DNA of 64,000 bases from an uncultured delta proteobacterium (GCA_963840855.1 CAWJBB010000058.1:1-64000), one strand, 5' to 3'. Positions 41,573-52,467 are shown, numbered from the stretch's first letter. Notes: generated by a model from the sequence alone, not told the origin. A program made the numbers and translations.

Positions 41573-42438
41573 TCCCGGCGGCCTTTGACTACGTCGCGCC
41601 GAAGACTTTGGATGAAGCCTTGCGCGAGCTGGCTGCGCACGGCGAAGACGCAAAAATACTGGCCGGGGGCCACGGCCTGTTGCCGCTAATGAAGCTCAGG
41701 CTCGTCAATCCCAAAGTGCTGGTGGATCTCAGAAAAATCCCCGGCCTCGCCGGCGTCAAGCAAGAGGGGAATAAGCTCGTCATCGGCGCGCTCACGACCC
41801 ATTACCAGATCGAAAGCTCTGCGCTCGCTTGGAAAAAATGTCCGCTCCTCAACGAAACGGCGCGGGTGATCGGCGACGTTCAAGTGCGCAATCGCGGCAC
41901 CATCGGCGGCAGCCTGACCCACGCCGATCCTGCCGCCGACTGGCCGGCGGCCATCCTCGCGCTGGCCGCAGAGCTGAAGCTCGCCGGACCAAAAGGCGAG
42001 CGGAGGATTGGCGCAGAGGATTTTTTCCTCGGACCCATGACCACCGTGACTGAAGCGACGGAAATTCTAACCGAGGTCCGCGTCCCGGTGTTCACCACGC
42101 GCTGTGGCAGCGCGTATCTTAAAATGGCCCAGCAGGCCTCCGGCTTCGCAATTGTCGGCGCGGCGGTCTGGCTTAGACTCAGCTCAAAGGGCGGCTGTGA
42201 AGAAATCGGCATCGGCATCACCGGTTTGAGCGAAAAACCCTATCGCGCCGACGCGGTCGAGCAGCGCTTGCGCGGCAACAAGCTGACTTCCGGGTTGATT
42301 GACGAAGCGTCCTCTCTCGTCGCCGAAGGCAGCGACCCGCTGGAAGACCTGCACGCCTCCGCGGATTACCGCGCTCATCTCGCGCGCGTCTATACGCGCC
42401 GGGCGATTCAGGAAGCAGGGAAGAGAGCGCTCAGGTGA
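41569..42438 (+). CDS. coxM: CoxM-like FAD-binding medium subunit
   Basis: MIPAAFDY, KILAGGH.LLP.MKLR, QVRNRGTIGG, HADPAAD; ATGA overlap with coxL. Confidence 0.9.
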   Translation: MIPAAFDYVAPKTLDEALRELAAHGEDAKILAGGHGLLPLMKLRLVNPKVLVDLRKIPGLAGVKQEGNKLVIGALTTHYQIESSALAWKKCPLLNETARVIGDVQVRNRGTIGGSLTHADPAADWPAAILALAAELKLAGPKGERRIGAEDFFLGPMTTVTEATEILTEVRVPVFTTRCGSAYLKMAQQASGFAIVGAAVWLRLSSKGGCEEIGIGITGLSEKPYRADAVEQRLRGNKLTSGLIDEASSLVAEGSDPLEDLHASADYRAHLARVYTRRAIQEAGKRALR

Positions 42439-42531
42439 GAACGGTAATTGTTTCCGACTGACGCGAGTTTTTGTTTCAAGTGCCTAGTTCCCGGTTTCTG
42501 GTTATGGAAACAAAGGATTTCGGACTTCAAA

Positions 42532-42670
42532 CTAGTAAATTGTAACAGCTAAACAGCGTTTGCCGTTCATGGTTCGAGAGCCACGAACGGCTTGTGCCTT
42601 GACCGTTCACCCTGAGCTTGTCGAAGGGTTCTTCGAACTTAGACGTCAATCAACTGTTACAGGACACTAG
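42532..42670. mobile_element. MITE-like element with CTAG-terminated inverted ends carrying REP palindromes
   Basis: CTAGTAAATTGTAACAG...CTGTTACAGGACACTAG; inside CCGTTCATGGTTCG..CACGAACGG and CCCTGAGCTTGTCGAAGGG. Confidence 0.6.
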
Positions 42671-42749
42671 AAACATATTACCTTTAGGCTCCCGAGTTTG
42701 GAGTCGAACTCGAGACCCTGGACTCGAGACTCTAAACCGCGGGAGCCGG

Positions 42750-43994
42750 CTACGCCGGCTCTTCAACCATCATGGGTTCTTCGCGTTTGCCTTCGTGAAT
42801 GGTTAGCACGATCAAGTTGGCGACAAACACAGTGCCGGCGAGAAAATAGAAGGCTGCGAGGATTCCCCAGCGGTCGGCTATGAAGCCGCAGATGACGGGC
42901 GATAGCGAGCTCAGCAGCGACTGCGAACCGGAAAAGAAGCTCACTGCGCTCCCGCCCAATTCCTTGGGGCTGAGATCGAGCACCCAGGCCCAAATCACCG
43001 GCCTGACGGCGTAGAGAAAAAATCCAAGGAACGCCAGACCAGTAACGAACAACCAGGTAAATTGAAAATAAGCGAGGATCACCAGGACGACGCTGGTCGA
43101 AAACAAACCCGCCGTTAACACCCGTTTTCTGCCGTTTTGGTCAGATATACTCCCGGCGATGGGTGTGCCGATCATGCCGGCGGTTTGAGTAACGGAAAGA
43201 TAAAGCCCGGCGACGGCGCTTGAAAGTCCCAGGTCATTGGTTAAGTAAATCGGCAAAAAGGTATGTAAACCCTGCTGCGTCATCGAACGCATGCCAGCCA
43301 CCAACACCAACGCCAGAATGCTTGGGTTCTGCGCCATTTTTTTCATCCCGGCCAGATACTCCTTGGCCGAGAGCCCTTTTTTTGATTGTGTCCGCGAGTT
43401 CAGCTTGCCGAACAGGAACTTCCATAAAATGAAAGCGATCACGATGCCGGGTATGAGATTGAGAAAAAGCACGTTGCGCCACGACAGATAAAGCAACAAC
43501 ACGCCGACCAACAGCGGCGCCACGCTCTCACCGATGTTCGGTCCGATGGCATGAATCGCGATGGCGAAGCCGCGCTTGTCAGGGTATTTTTCCGAGAGCG
43601 TCGATATCGCCGCGGGGTGCCACAGATAATTGCCCACGCCGACAAACGCCATGAACAGCGCCACCCAAAAAAAGTTGTGACTGACGCCGACTAGAAAGTA
43701 CGGCACGCCGGTTGCGATCAGGGCAAGCGCCATAAGCAAGCCCTTTTTGCCGATGATATCAACAAGCATGCCGGCAGGAATGTTAACTAACAGATTGGCC
43801 GCGACCCTAACGGTCACGAGGAAACCCGCCTGGCTGTAGCTCAGCCCCATTTCCTTCACCAAAAAAGGCAGGAGCAGATAAAACGTCGCCGGGCACCAAT
43901 GGGTAAACGTGTGACCTAAGGCGACGAGCCACAATAACGAGTCGGTTTGCCGCATTTGGCGAACTTGTTCGGTGAGCGCGGTGCGTATGGACAT
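42750..43994 (-). CDS. MFS transporter (Fsr-like)
   Basis: About 12 hydrophobic segments; WHP...S.LS...RG.A..IH motif. Confidence 0.9.
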   Translation of the reverse strand: MSIRTALTEQVRQMRQTDSLLWLVALGHTFTHWCPATFYLLLPFLVKEMGLSYSQAGFLVTVRVAANLLVNIPAGMLVDIIGKKGLLMALALIATGVPYFLVGVSHNFFWVALFMAFVGVGNYLWHPAAISTLSEKYPDKRGFAIAIHAIGPNIGESVAPLLVGVLLLYLSWRNVLFLNLIPGIVIAFILWKFLFGKLNSRTQSKKGLSAKEYLAGMKKMAQNPSILALVLVAGMRSMTQQGLHTFLPIYLTNDLGLSSAVAGLYLSVTQTAGMIGTPIAGSISDQNGRKRVLTAGLFSTSVVLVILAYFQFTWLFVTGLAFLGFFLYAVRPVIWAWVLDLSPKELGGSAVSFFSGSQSLLSSLSPVICGFIADRWGILAAFYFLAGTVFVANLIVLTIHEGKREEPMMVEEPA

Positions 43995-44143
43995 GAAATG
44001 TTTTCCTGAAGCTTTGTTAATTTTCTATTTCTTAGACCGCTCCCGCCAAGTTTACAAGCAGCGAGGCGATTAGCGGCTGCTGGTAAACGCTCTTCGCAGG
44101 CTAATCAAAAAGATCTCAGAGGCGAGGCGCGCAGTTTTCGCTA

Positions 44144-44244
44144 TTCGTGTTCGTGGTTCGTGTTCAAAAACCGAGCACGATCACGAGTCACGAGCACGAT
44201 TCGCCCGCGAGGCGATTGAGCGCACCCTTCGACAAGCTCAGGGC
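44144..44244. repeat. CGTG/CACGA repeats plus CCCTTCGACAAGCTCAGGG element
   Basis: TTCGTGTTCGTGGTTCGTG..CGAGCACGATCACGAGTCACGAGCACG; similar to 8801-8848. Confidence 0.65.
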
Positions 44245-44256
44245 AATCGGCGAAAG

Positions 44257-45435
44257 CTATGAGGCTTTTTCAGCAGCCTGCGCCGCGAAGGAAAACGCGT
44301 CATAACCTTCGTGAATGAGACGAATGACTTCGTCTTTTTTCGGATCGCGGTTGACGCCCACCGGGTCTCTACCTTCTTGCACCGCAAGAATCTGCTCGCG
44401 CAGGAGTTTGCGGTACATGATGACACCGCGGTCCCCTTCACCCAGGTGTTCGTTGGCGCGGTCGGCTATGGGGCCCTGGGTCTCCCACGCCATGTGGTCC
44501 TGGCTGGCAAAGCTTTCCATATGGAACTCGCCGTCTTCGTTCTTGGTGCGGACATACTCGATCGGCGCGTCCTCGGGCTGCGCCACGACACTGCCATCCT
44601 TGCTCGGCGCGAAGCGGAACTGAATGACTTGCGTGTTTTGGTCATCGATGGGCGTGCGAAAATGCATGGCGTAACCCATGCGCACGGGAACGAAGAGAAG
44701 GTTGGGAAAAACCAACGGGTGCGGTGATTCCACCGGGCCATCTTCGCCCGCGAAGGTCCTTTGTTTTTGAATCCCCGCCCAGCTGGGATTGACCACCAGT
44801 TCAAAATCGATCTTGCTCAGCCGCTGATAATGAAAGGGTACGAAGTCTCTGGTCCCTTTGGTTTTTAGCGTGTGCGAGTGAAGATAATACGTATGCGTCG
44901 GATCGACGGAGTTCTCCATCGCCTGGAGCCAATTGCAGCCAAGCACCTCGCAAATGTCGATTTTCTTCAAGCCGTCCTCGCGCACGAGTAGATCCCACTT
45001 GGGTAAAGTCGGCTTTTTCTCCGGCGGTCCCATGTAGGCGAACAAAAGCCCCGCGAGTTTTACCACCGGGTAGGCTGGATGCTGAATTTTCTCCTTGAAA
45101 CCGGCCTCCGGACTCTCGAAGGGCTGGTCGATGCATTTGCCGCACGCGTCGTATTTCCAGCCATGATAGGCACAGCGGATGCCGTCTTCCTCGACGAATC
45201 CGTAATAGAGCGATACGCCGCGGTGCGAACACTTTTCGGCGACGAGACCGTAATTTCCTGTACGGTCTCGATAGAGGACCAGATTTTCGCCTAAAATTTT
45301 TACTTTCTTTTTTGGTTTTTCGTCGCTGAGCTCCGCGGCGGCCGCCACCACATGCCAATAACGCCTCAGCAGTTGTCCCGCGGGCGTCCCAGGACCTACG
45401 CGCGCAAGCAAATCGTTTTCTTCGTGACTGAGCAT
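44257..45435 (-). CDS. Rieske non-heme iron oxygenase (phthalate 4,5-dioxygenase/LigX-like)
   Basis: CSH...CAYH Rieske motif; NWLQAMENSVDPTH...LH; QDHMAWETQG. Confidence 0.92.
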   Translation of the reverse strand: MLSHEENDLLARVGPGTPAGQLLRRYWHVVAAAAELSDEKPKKKVKILGENLVLYRDRTGNYGLVAEKCSHRGVSLYYGFVEEDGIRCAYHGWKYDACGKCIDQPFESPEAGFKEKIQHPAYPVVKLAGLLFAYMGPPEKKPTLPKWDLLVREDGLKKIDICEVLGCNWLQAMENSVDPTHTYYLHSHTLKTKGTRDFVPFHYQRLSKIDFELVVNPSWAGIQKQRTFAGEDGPVESPHPLVFPNLLFVPVRMGYAMHFRTPIDDQNTQVIQFRFAPSKDGSVVAQPEDAPIEYVRTKNEDGEFHMESFASQDHMAWETQGPIADRANEHLGEGDRGVIMYRKLLREQILAVQEGRDPVGVNRDPKKDEVIRLIHEGYDAFSFAAQAAEKAS

Positions 45436-45563
45436 GGCATAAACTCCTTTATCGTACTCAACGCGGCTTTGATCCGATGCGACGATGCTATGCGATGGCT
45501 TCGTGGGTGTCAATGTAAAGGAGGCGAAGGTGTGGGCGGGTGATCCTCGCAAGGGAGAGCGAT

Positions 45564-45640
45564 GTAGGCCCCCGTGCATGCCCGAATCCGGGCGACCACA
45601 GGGGGTCGCCCCTACAAATATTCACGAACTAAACCACTAC
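45564..45640. repeat. GTAG REP pair with one MITE-like end (inverted relative of 23724-23814)
   Basis: GGGCGACCACAGGGGGTCGCCCCTAC followed by AACTAAACCACTAC. Confidence 0.75.
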
Positions 45641-45698
45641 TCTAAAAAACACGACCGTACTCCTCGTATCTCACTCGCTCCGCTGCTACACTATTTAT

Positions 45699-46148
45699 GT
45701 GAACTGGCAAGAAAACCTGGTCGACGATTCAGATCAAATCGCCGCCTTGATCCGGCAGACCAAACGCATCGCCGTTCTCGGCATCAAGACCGAAGCGCAA
45801 GCCGACCAGCCTTCCGTTTACGTGCCGCTGTATATGCAACGGGCCGGATACGAGATCGTTCCGGTGCCAGTATATTACCCGGATGCGACTGAAATCTTGG
45901 GTGAAAAGGTCTATCGGCGACTCACCGACATCCCCGGCGATATAGACATGGTCGATGTCTTTCGCCGTCCCCATGACATCAACAGCCATATCGAAGATAT
46001 TCTCGCTAAGAAACCGCCTTTAGTTTGGTTTCAGAGCGGCATACGCAACGATGCCGCGGCGGAAATCTTCGCCAAGGCCGGGATAAAGGTGGTCCAAGAC
46101 CGCTGACTTATGGTCGACCACCGGCGGTTCGCCGGTGCAGTCCGCTGA
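45699..46148 (+). CDS. CoA-binding protein (YccU-like); in-frame TGA at 46104-46106, candidate selenocysteine
   Basis: IAVLG, IDMVDVFR, WFQSGI, then KVVQDR-TGA-LMVDHRRF, matching the family ending V.DRC..V.HR. Confidence 0.85.
46116..46142 (+). promoter_or_regulatory. Candidate bacterial SECIS hairpin
   Basis: GAC-CACCGGCG-GTT-CGCCGGTG-CA-GTC; apical loop starts with G, 20 nt after the UGA. Confidence 0.65.
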
Positions 46149-46174
46149 AAGGAAGTACTTTTTTCGGCACCCTG

Positions 46175-47299
46175 CTAGGTCAAAAGATGGCGCGTCAAGT
46201 CGAGATTGGCGGTGAATGCCTCCGGCCGCGGTAGTTTCACGGAAGAATTGTAGATGATGAGAGGAATGTTCGACTCATGGAGGGAGCCGTGTGAACGGTA
46301 ACCGCGTTCGAGCTTTTCCATCGGTCCGGTAAGTTCGCCAAAAACAGTCTGGGCATCGCCGAAAACTGCCAAATCACCTATCCGTTCGGCCATAAGATCG
46401 TACTTTTCCGCGGCTTCTCGACGCGGTAGGACGGCCTCCACGCCCGTGAGACTCTTGAGTGTCTGCGTCACTATTTGTTCGTCTTCCGGCGAGTTAAGCC
46501 AGACCCACGCGGCGCCACCGAACGTTCGGTGGTGCTTGACGTAACGGTCTTTTTCCGCCGACAGCGCAAAACGCACCTCGACGCCCAATTCGTGGCAAGC
46601 CTTGGCGAGGTCCCAACAGCGAGTTTTGTAGTTCATACCATGATCGGCCGTAAGCAAGAACGCGGCATCCGGCGCCGCTTCCAGCGCTTTGGCTAAGAGC
46701 CCATCTAGCCTTTCCAAGTGTTCTTTCGACTGCCGTTCTTCCGGAGCCCAAGTGTGCATTGGAAAGTCGGTGGTATGAACATACAGTAAGCCGATGTCCT
46801 TACGGTGTTTGAGCAGGTCGACGGCCACTTCCCACAGCCAGTAATTGATCTCGCAGCTGTAGATATTGGCCGGCTTGCCGTAGAGACCAACCCACTCAGC
46901 GGGCGGCGCTTCCGCGGCGATCGCGATTTCCGCGCCTTTGCCGAGCAGGTGAATGGTTTTGACTTTGGCGGTGAGCAGCGCCGATTTCACACCGCGGGCC
47001 GCGGCCCGCTGAATGATGGTCGGAACCCGAATGAACTCCGCGCTTTCCATATAATCGGCCACGCCGGTTTGTTCGTTGAAGTAGGAGTTGCCTGTAATGC
47101 CGTGATCCTTCGGCCATGCGCCGCAGCAAATGGATACGTTGTTGGCGTTGGTGACCGTCGGGAAAACCGCGTCAACCCGCTTAAAAAAGCCGCGCTGGCA
47201 CATGAAGCGAAACGTCGGTAGAGAGTTCGCTTCGAGATAGTCCATGCCCAGACCATCGTACATGCCGATAACGATTCTTTGTGCGCCGATCAGCGTCAT
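46175..47299 (-). CDS. phnA: Phosphonoacetate hydrolase-like alkaline phosphatase superfamily enzyme
   Basis: MYDG, FPTVTNANNVSI..G...HGITGN, YVHTTDF..H, TADHGM, D.YVKHH, RSHG match PhnA motifs. Confidence 0.75.
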   Translation of the reverse strand: MTLIGAQRIVIGMYDGLGMDYLEANSLPTFRFMCQRGFFKRVDAVFPTVTNANNVSICCGAWPKDHGITGNSYFNEQTGVADYMESAEFIRVPTIIQRAAARGVKSALLTAKVKTIHLLGKGAEIAIAAEAPPAEWVGLYGKPANIYSCEINYWLWEVAVDLLKHRKDIGLLYVHTTDFPMHTWAPEERQSKEHLERLDGLLAKALEAAPDAAFLLTADHGMNYKTRCWDLAKACHELGVEVRFALSAEKDRYVKHHRTFGGAAWVWLNSPEDEQIVTQTLKSLTGVEAVLPRREAAEKYDLMAERIGDLAVFGDAQTVFGELTGPMEKLERGYRSHGSLHESNIPLIIYNSSVKLPRPEAFTANLDLTRHLLT

Positions 47300-47380
47300 A
47301 GATAATACCTCCGAAAGCTAGCCCGGTTTATTCATAGTGTCTGACTCAGACGAAAGACAATACAAGTCAGTGGAACCGAG

Positions 47381-48235
<855 letters not shown>

Positions 48236-48242
48236 CGAAGGC

Positions 48243-49106
48243 TCACCACTCTCGCCAACTTTTCATCACGGCTACACCTGAGTTTCCGATCATGAGCAGG
48301 GCAACCAGGATCAACGCCGTTGCGTAGGCTTGATCGGAAGAACTGGCCTCGCTAACGAGGTAATACAAATGAGTCGGCAGAGTCATGACTGGAGATGAAA
48401 GTCCGATATCGCCTTTGGACAACACCACACTGGCGGTAAGCAACACCGGCGCCGCGGAGCCAAACGCATGACCGGCGGCAAGCACCACCGTCGCGAGAAT
48501 CCCGCCGAAAGCTTTGGGCAAAATATTTTTGCGGAACGCATAGGAACGACTCACGCCAAGAGCAAGCGCCGTTTCCCGGTATTTTGACTCGACGCCGCGA
48601 ATTGCCTCGTAGGCGCCGAGCAGCACAATCGGCAGCATGACCAACCCCAAAGTGATTCCCCCGGCAAGCAGAGAAACTTTCATGCGCAGCCCGACGACCA
48701 GCATCGCATAGCCAAACAATCCGTAGACAATTGCTGGAACTCCGGCGAAACAGGCGCTGCAAAGAGCCACCATGCGCTGCATGGTTTCCGGCGGGTTGTA
48801 TTCGCTGAGATAGATCGCCGCGCCCACTCCGAATGGCAGCGAAACCATGAGGCCCAGTGAGATGAGGGCGAGAGAGCCCTGGATCGCCGGCCGCATTCCG
48901 CCGCCGCTGCCCAAAGGAAAACCCTTGGGTGCCTGCCAAAGTAAATCCCAACTGATCGCTTGGCCACCTCGGTAAAACAAGAAAACTATAATACAAAGCG
49001 GCAGCAGCGCGCCAAGTAGCCCGAAAATCCAAACACACAGGAAAAAAATCCGGTCCTGCCAAATGCGCAACTGCCGGTCCTGGGAAGCCAATTTAGGCGG
49101 CGTCAT
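48243..49106 (-). CDS. pstA: PstA-like permease
   Basis: GG..PAI.GS, GAAIYLSEY, GVPAIVYGLFG, TLPTHLY. Confidence 0.88.
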   Translation of the reverse strand: MTPPKLASQDRQLRIWQDRIFFLCVWIFGLLGALLPLCIIVFLFYRGGQAISWDLLWQAPKGFPLGSGGGMRPAIQGSLALISLGLMVSLPFGVGAAIYLSEYNPPETMQRMVALCSACFAGVPAIVYGLFGYAMLVVGLRMKVSLLAGGITLGLVMLPIVLLGAYEAIRGVESKYRETALALGVSRSYAFRKNILPKAFGGILATVVLAAGHAFGSAAPVLLTASVVLSKGDIGLSSPVMTLPTHLYYLVSEASSSDQAYATALILVALLMIGNSGVAVMKSWREW

Positions 49107-50058
49107 AGATGATCCTTTTTTTCAGGACGCCGATAAGCATGTTGATCGCAATGGTGACGACCATGAGGATCAATGCGGCCGAAAACAGGGCGTGATACTT
49201 GGGCGATCCCGCGGCGGCTTCGCCCAGTTCAGTGACGATGAGCGCGGTAAGGGGCTGGCCACGGTCGAAAGGAGACGTTGGCAGCGCCACGGAGTTTCCC
49301 GCCAACATAAGCACGGCAAGAGTTTCGCCCAGAGCGCGGGCCAGCCCCAGAGCCATAGCGGCAAACATTCCCGCGCCGGCATAGCGCATGACGATTTGGC
49401 GCACCAGCGACCATCGATTAACGCCGAGCGCCAGCGCCGCTTCCTTAAGATCGGCTGGCACGGCGCGAAAGGCCTCGGCGGAAGTCGTTGCCACGAAAGG
49501 CAGGATCATGACCGCCAGGATCAAACCGGCGGCAAGTAACGATTCGCCCGTGCTCATGTCGAGATTTTGTTCGAACCAAGGCACCAAGGTGACGTACCCG
49601 AAAAACCCATAAACGACGGAGGGGATGCCGGCGAGTAACTCTAGACAAGGCTGGAGTATTTTACGCACGGGCGCTGGGGCGACTTCCGCAAGAAAGATGC
49701 CGATGCCAAAACCCACCGGCGCCGCCGCCAGCAGCGCGACAGCCGTCACCGCCACTGTCCCGAGCAAAGCGTGACGCAAGCCAAATTTCGCCGGGCTCGC
49801 CAGCGGCTCCCAACTATCGGCAAGCAGCAATCCCCAAAGTCCACTTCCCTCGAAAAATGCCGGATAGCCTTCCCGCGCGATCATCAACGGCACCAGCAAA
49901 AGTGTTCCCACAGCAGCCGACAGAATTAAGATTCCAGCCAGGCCCATAATGAAATCCTTGCTAGCGGTCGGCGCAATCCGAGGACGTTGGCGACGATCCA
50001 ATCGGTGCCCGAAAATAGCCAGGCTTGCTGCGAACTTGTGGATGAATGAAGCGATCAA
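49093..50058 (-). CDS. pstC: PstC-like permease
   Basis: ELLAGIPSVVYG, EAALALG, ARALGET.AVLM.AGN; probable TTG start overlapping the pstS stop. Confidence 0.88.
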   Translation of the reverse strand: MIASFIHKFAASLAIFGHRLDRRQRPRIAPTASKDFIMGLAGILILSAAVGTLLLVPLMIAREGYPAFFEGSGLWGLLLADSWEPLASPAKFGLRHALLGTVAVTAVALLAAAPVGFGIGIFLAEVAPAPVRKILQPCLELLAGIPSVVYGFFGYVTLVPWFEQNLDMSTGESLLAAGLILAVMILPFVATTSAEAFRAVPADLKEAALALGVNRWSLVRQIVMRYAGAGMFAAMALGLARALGETLAVLMLAGNSVALPTSPFDRGQPLTALIVTELGEAAAGSPKYHALFSAALILMVVTIAINMLIGVLKKRIIYDAA

Positions 50059-50933
50059 TTCGCGCTCCGCACGGGAATATAACCATGCGCAGCGACGAGT
50101 TTTTGGCAACTGCTAAGCGCGTAATCGACAAAATGGCGCACGGCGGGCGAAGGCGGAGCTTTGACCACCATCAGCAACGGCCGCGCCAACAGATAGGCGC
50201 CGCTGGTCACGTTGGCGTCAGTCGGTTCGACGGTTTCCAGGGCAAATGCTTTGAGGGTCTTGCTATGAGTGGCAAGCCCGGCAGAGATATAGGCTATCGC
50301 GTTATTGTTGCTGTGGAGTTTTTCCAGCAGCGCGCCCTGAGAAGGCAACTGCAGGGCTTTCGGCGACAGTTTCCTCTCGCCCATGATTTTTTCCTGGAAT
50401 ATTTCGGTTGAGCCCGCCCCGGCGTCGCGGGTTAATAGAACAATCGGCTTTGCCGGCAAAGATCGGTCGATATCTTGGTAGGTCTTAACCTCGCCGGAAA
50501 AAATCCCAGCCAACTCAGCGGGCGTAAAATTTTTCTTGCGGCCGGCCAAAGGGTTCCGGCTATTGACCGCGATCGCCACCGCGTCTTTGCCGACGAGATG
50601 CGTCTGGTGATCACCGATCGTTTTCTTTTCTTGATCCTTCAGATCGCGCGATACCATGCCGATGTCGATGACGCCGCTGGCCAGCGATTTGACGCCAAAC
50701 CCCGAGCCGCCGCCGGTGACAAAAACCGTGGTGCTCTTCTTCGGCAGGGAGGCATCCACGCGATCCCAGGTTTGAAATTTTTCCATGAATTCACTGCTGC
50801 AATTGGCCATGACGGGTAGGAGCGTGGTGGACCCGCCGGTGCGAACCGTCGGATCCGGCTCGTCGGCGGCGTGCGCCGCCGCGGCCAAGAACATCACTCC
50901 GGCAAGCAAAAGCAATCTTTGAATTCTTTTCAT
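50055..50933 (-). CDS. pstS: PstS-like phosphate-binding protein
   Basis: GGSTT, GGGSGFG, DIGMVSR, DAVAIAVN, RDAGAGS, Y.LARPL. Confidence 0.85.
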   Translation of the reverse strand: MKRIQRLLLLAGVMFLAAAAHAADEPDPTVRTGGSTTLLPVMANCSSEFMEKFQTWDRVDASLPKKSTTVFVTGGGSGFGVKSLASGVIDIGMVSRDLKDQEKKTIGDHQTHLVGKDAVAIAVNSRNPLAGRKKNFTPAELAGIFSGEVKTYQDIDRSLPAKPIVLLTRDAGAGSTEIFQEKIMGERKLSPKALQLPSQGALLEKLHSNNNAIAYISAGLATHSKTLKAFALETVEPTDANVTSGAYLLARPLLMVVKAPPSPAVRHFVDYALSSCQKLVAAHGYIPVRSAN

Positions 50934-51018
50934 GGCAGGTCTCCGTTCGATTTGGATTCTCGTGTCGGCGATCGAGCACGGTTCCGCGTTCCCGACTCGC
51001 CCACTTTTGGCTGCGAGC

Positions 51019-51047
51019 GTTACGAAAAGATTACAGCAGTATGAATT
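51019..51047 (-). promoter_or_regulatory. Pho-box-like triple direct repeat upstream of pstS
   Basis: Minus strand TTCAT-N6-GTAAT-N6-GTAAC, exact 11-nt period, about 85 bp upstream of the start. Confidence 0.6.
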
Positions 51048-51099
51048 GCGCGTGATGAAGTATGGCTCTGCGTCGGCTCAGTCGATCGATTCTGAAGCG

Positions 51100-51408
51100 A
51101 CCGGCCGGGCGTCGCCGCTCGCCTACAAGGAGTTTCGGAGCTTCAGGAAAGGCGACGTCGTCTACATGAAAATGGCCAGCGGCGGCGGTTACGGCGATCC
51201 TCTGGAACGCGATCCGCAGTTAGTCTTGGAAGATGTCATCGACGGCCTAGTCTCCGAGCAAGCGGCGCGGGAGGTTTATGGCGTGGTTTTAGACGAACAG
51301 AAAGAAGCCGCAGATTTCGTGCAGACAAAGAGCCTGCGCGCCAATCTACAAAAAAGAGACTTGCGACCTCGAGCTGATGCGCCTTCCCGGTTAGTGTGGT
51401 GGAACTAA
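51100..51408 (+). pseudogene. Orphan C-terminal fragment of hydantoinase B/oxoprolinase
   Basis: GDVV...SGGGYGDPLERDP..VLEDV..GLVS...AREVYGVV; the N-terminal bulk of the protein is absent. Confidence 0.75.
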
Positions 51409-51566
51409 GTGCGCAAATTTAATGAGCGCACTCCCCAACGTCATAGCCGCGAAAGCGGGCTTGTAGGGGCGGGTTTCAAACCCGCCCTTATCCTGGATTC
51501 CGGGTCGCGCCAGCTTGCCCGGAATGACGGCCGATATCTGCAACCGGACTTTGATTCCAGGACACC
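51392..51566. mobile_element. Composite MITE-like element (TIR shell, GTCAT element, GTAG REP)
   Basis: TAGTGTGGTGGAACTAAGT...ACTTTGATTCCAGGACACC; about 100 bp shared with 54126-54257. Confidence 0.65.
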
Positions 51567-51597
51567 GGCAGCGCTTATAATTATAACAAGTTGCCGC

Positions 51598-52467
51598 TCA
51601 CGCCGCCTGGCGCAGTTTGTTTAACTGCCGGGCGATGAACGCCTTGATCTTTTCATATGCAAGGTCGGTGTTGGGACCGGGTTTGGCGACCCAACGGTGC
51701 TCGCTCCCTTTGAAGATCTCGAACTCGATCTGGCCGCCCGCCGCCCGATAAGTGTTGACGAATTTTTCCTGCACCGCGGGCCGGACGTTGTCATCGAGTT
51801 CCCCCTGCAAGACATACATCGGCGGCAACGCAACTTTCTCGCCGCGCTCGAGAATCTCTTGCGGATTGCCTTCGTGGATCGACTCCCACGGGTCAAAATA
51901 AGTTTTGCTGTTCTGGATCATTTGCTGCCACTCCCGCCTCTCAGCGTTCTGGTAGCGGGCGTATGGATCGCTCACCGGCGAGCGCGCCACGACGTATTTC
52001 ACCGTCGCGTCGACGTTAGGCGCTTCGGGCAACGGATGCGCGTTGTAGCGCGGATCCTGCGGGCGCATGGCGCAGAGTTCTATTTCGTGCCCGCCGCTGG
52101 AGCTACCCAACGCCGCGACGGTGGCGGGATCGCCGTTCCATTCTCGCGCCTTCGCCTTGAGCCAGCGAACACCATAATTAGCGTCCTGCACTGAGGCGGG
52201 ATAGGGCGCCTCCGGCGCGCGGGTTAAATCGATGGCCACGACTAGAATCCCGCTCCGCGCCAAACTTTCGTCCATCGGCGCGTTGGCGGTGCGGTCCTGG
52301 TTGTTCCACGCGCCGCCGTGCAGATCCAAGAGCGTTGGGAAGGGCCCTTCGCCTTGCGGTTGATAAACGCGCGCCATCAGCGTGCGCGCCGGTGCGCGGC
52401 GAAATTCGACGTCCGACACTTTGATTTCAAATTTGCCTCCAGGATTGTATGCGGCGGTCATAATCAT
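51598..52467 (-). CDS. Alpha/beta hydrolase, HSL/Aes esterase-like
   Basis: LHGGAW, APEAPYPA, GSSSGGH. Confidence 0.88.
   Translation of the reverse strand: MIMTAAYNPGGKFEIKVSDVEFRRAPARTLMARVYQPQGEGPFPTLLDLHGGAWNNQDRTANAPMDESLARSGILVVAIDLTRAPEAPYPASVQDANYGVRWLKAKAREWNGDPATVAALGSSSGGHEIELCAMRPQDPRYNAHPLPEAPNVDATVKYVVARSPVSDPYARYQNAERREWQQMIQNSKTYFDPWESIHEGNPQEILERGEKVALPPMYVLQGELDDNVRPAVQEKFVNTYRAAGGQIEFEIFKGSEHRWVAKPGPNTDLAYEKIKAFIARQLNKLRQAA

Noticed and set aside
38665-42438. Aerobic CO dehydrogenase (true CO oxidation)
   Set aside because: Active-site loop is AYRGAGR and gene order is S-L-M (form II); the form I AYXCSFR motif and accessory cox genes are absent.
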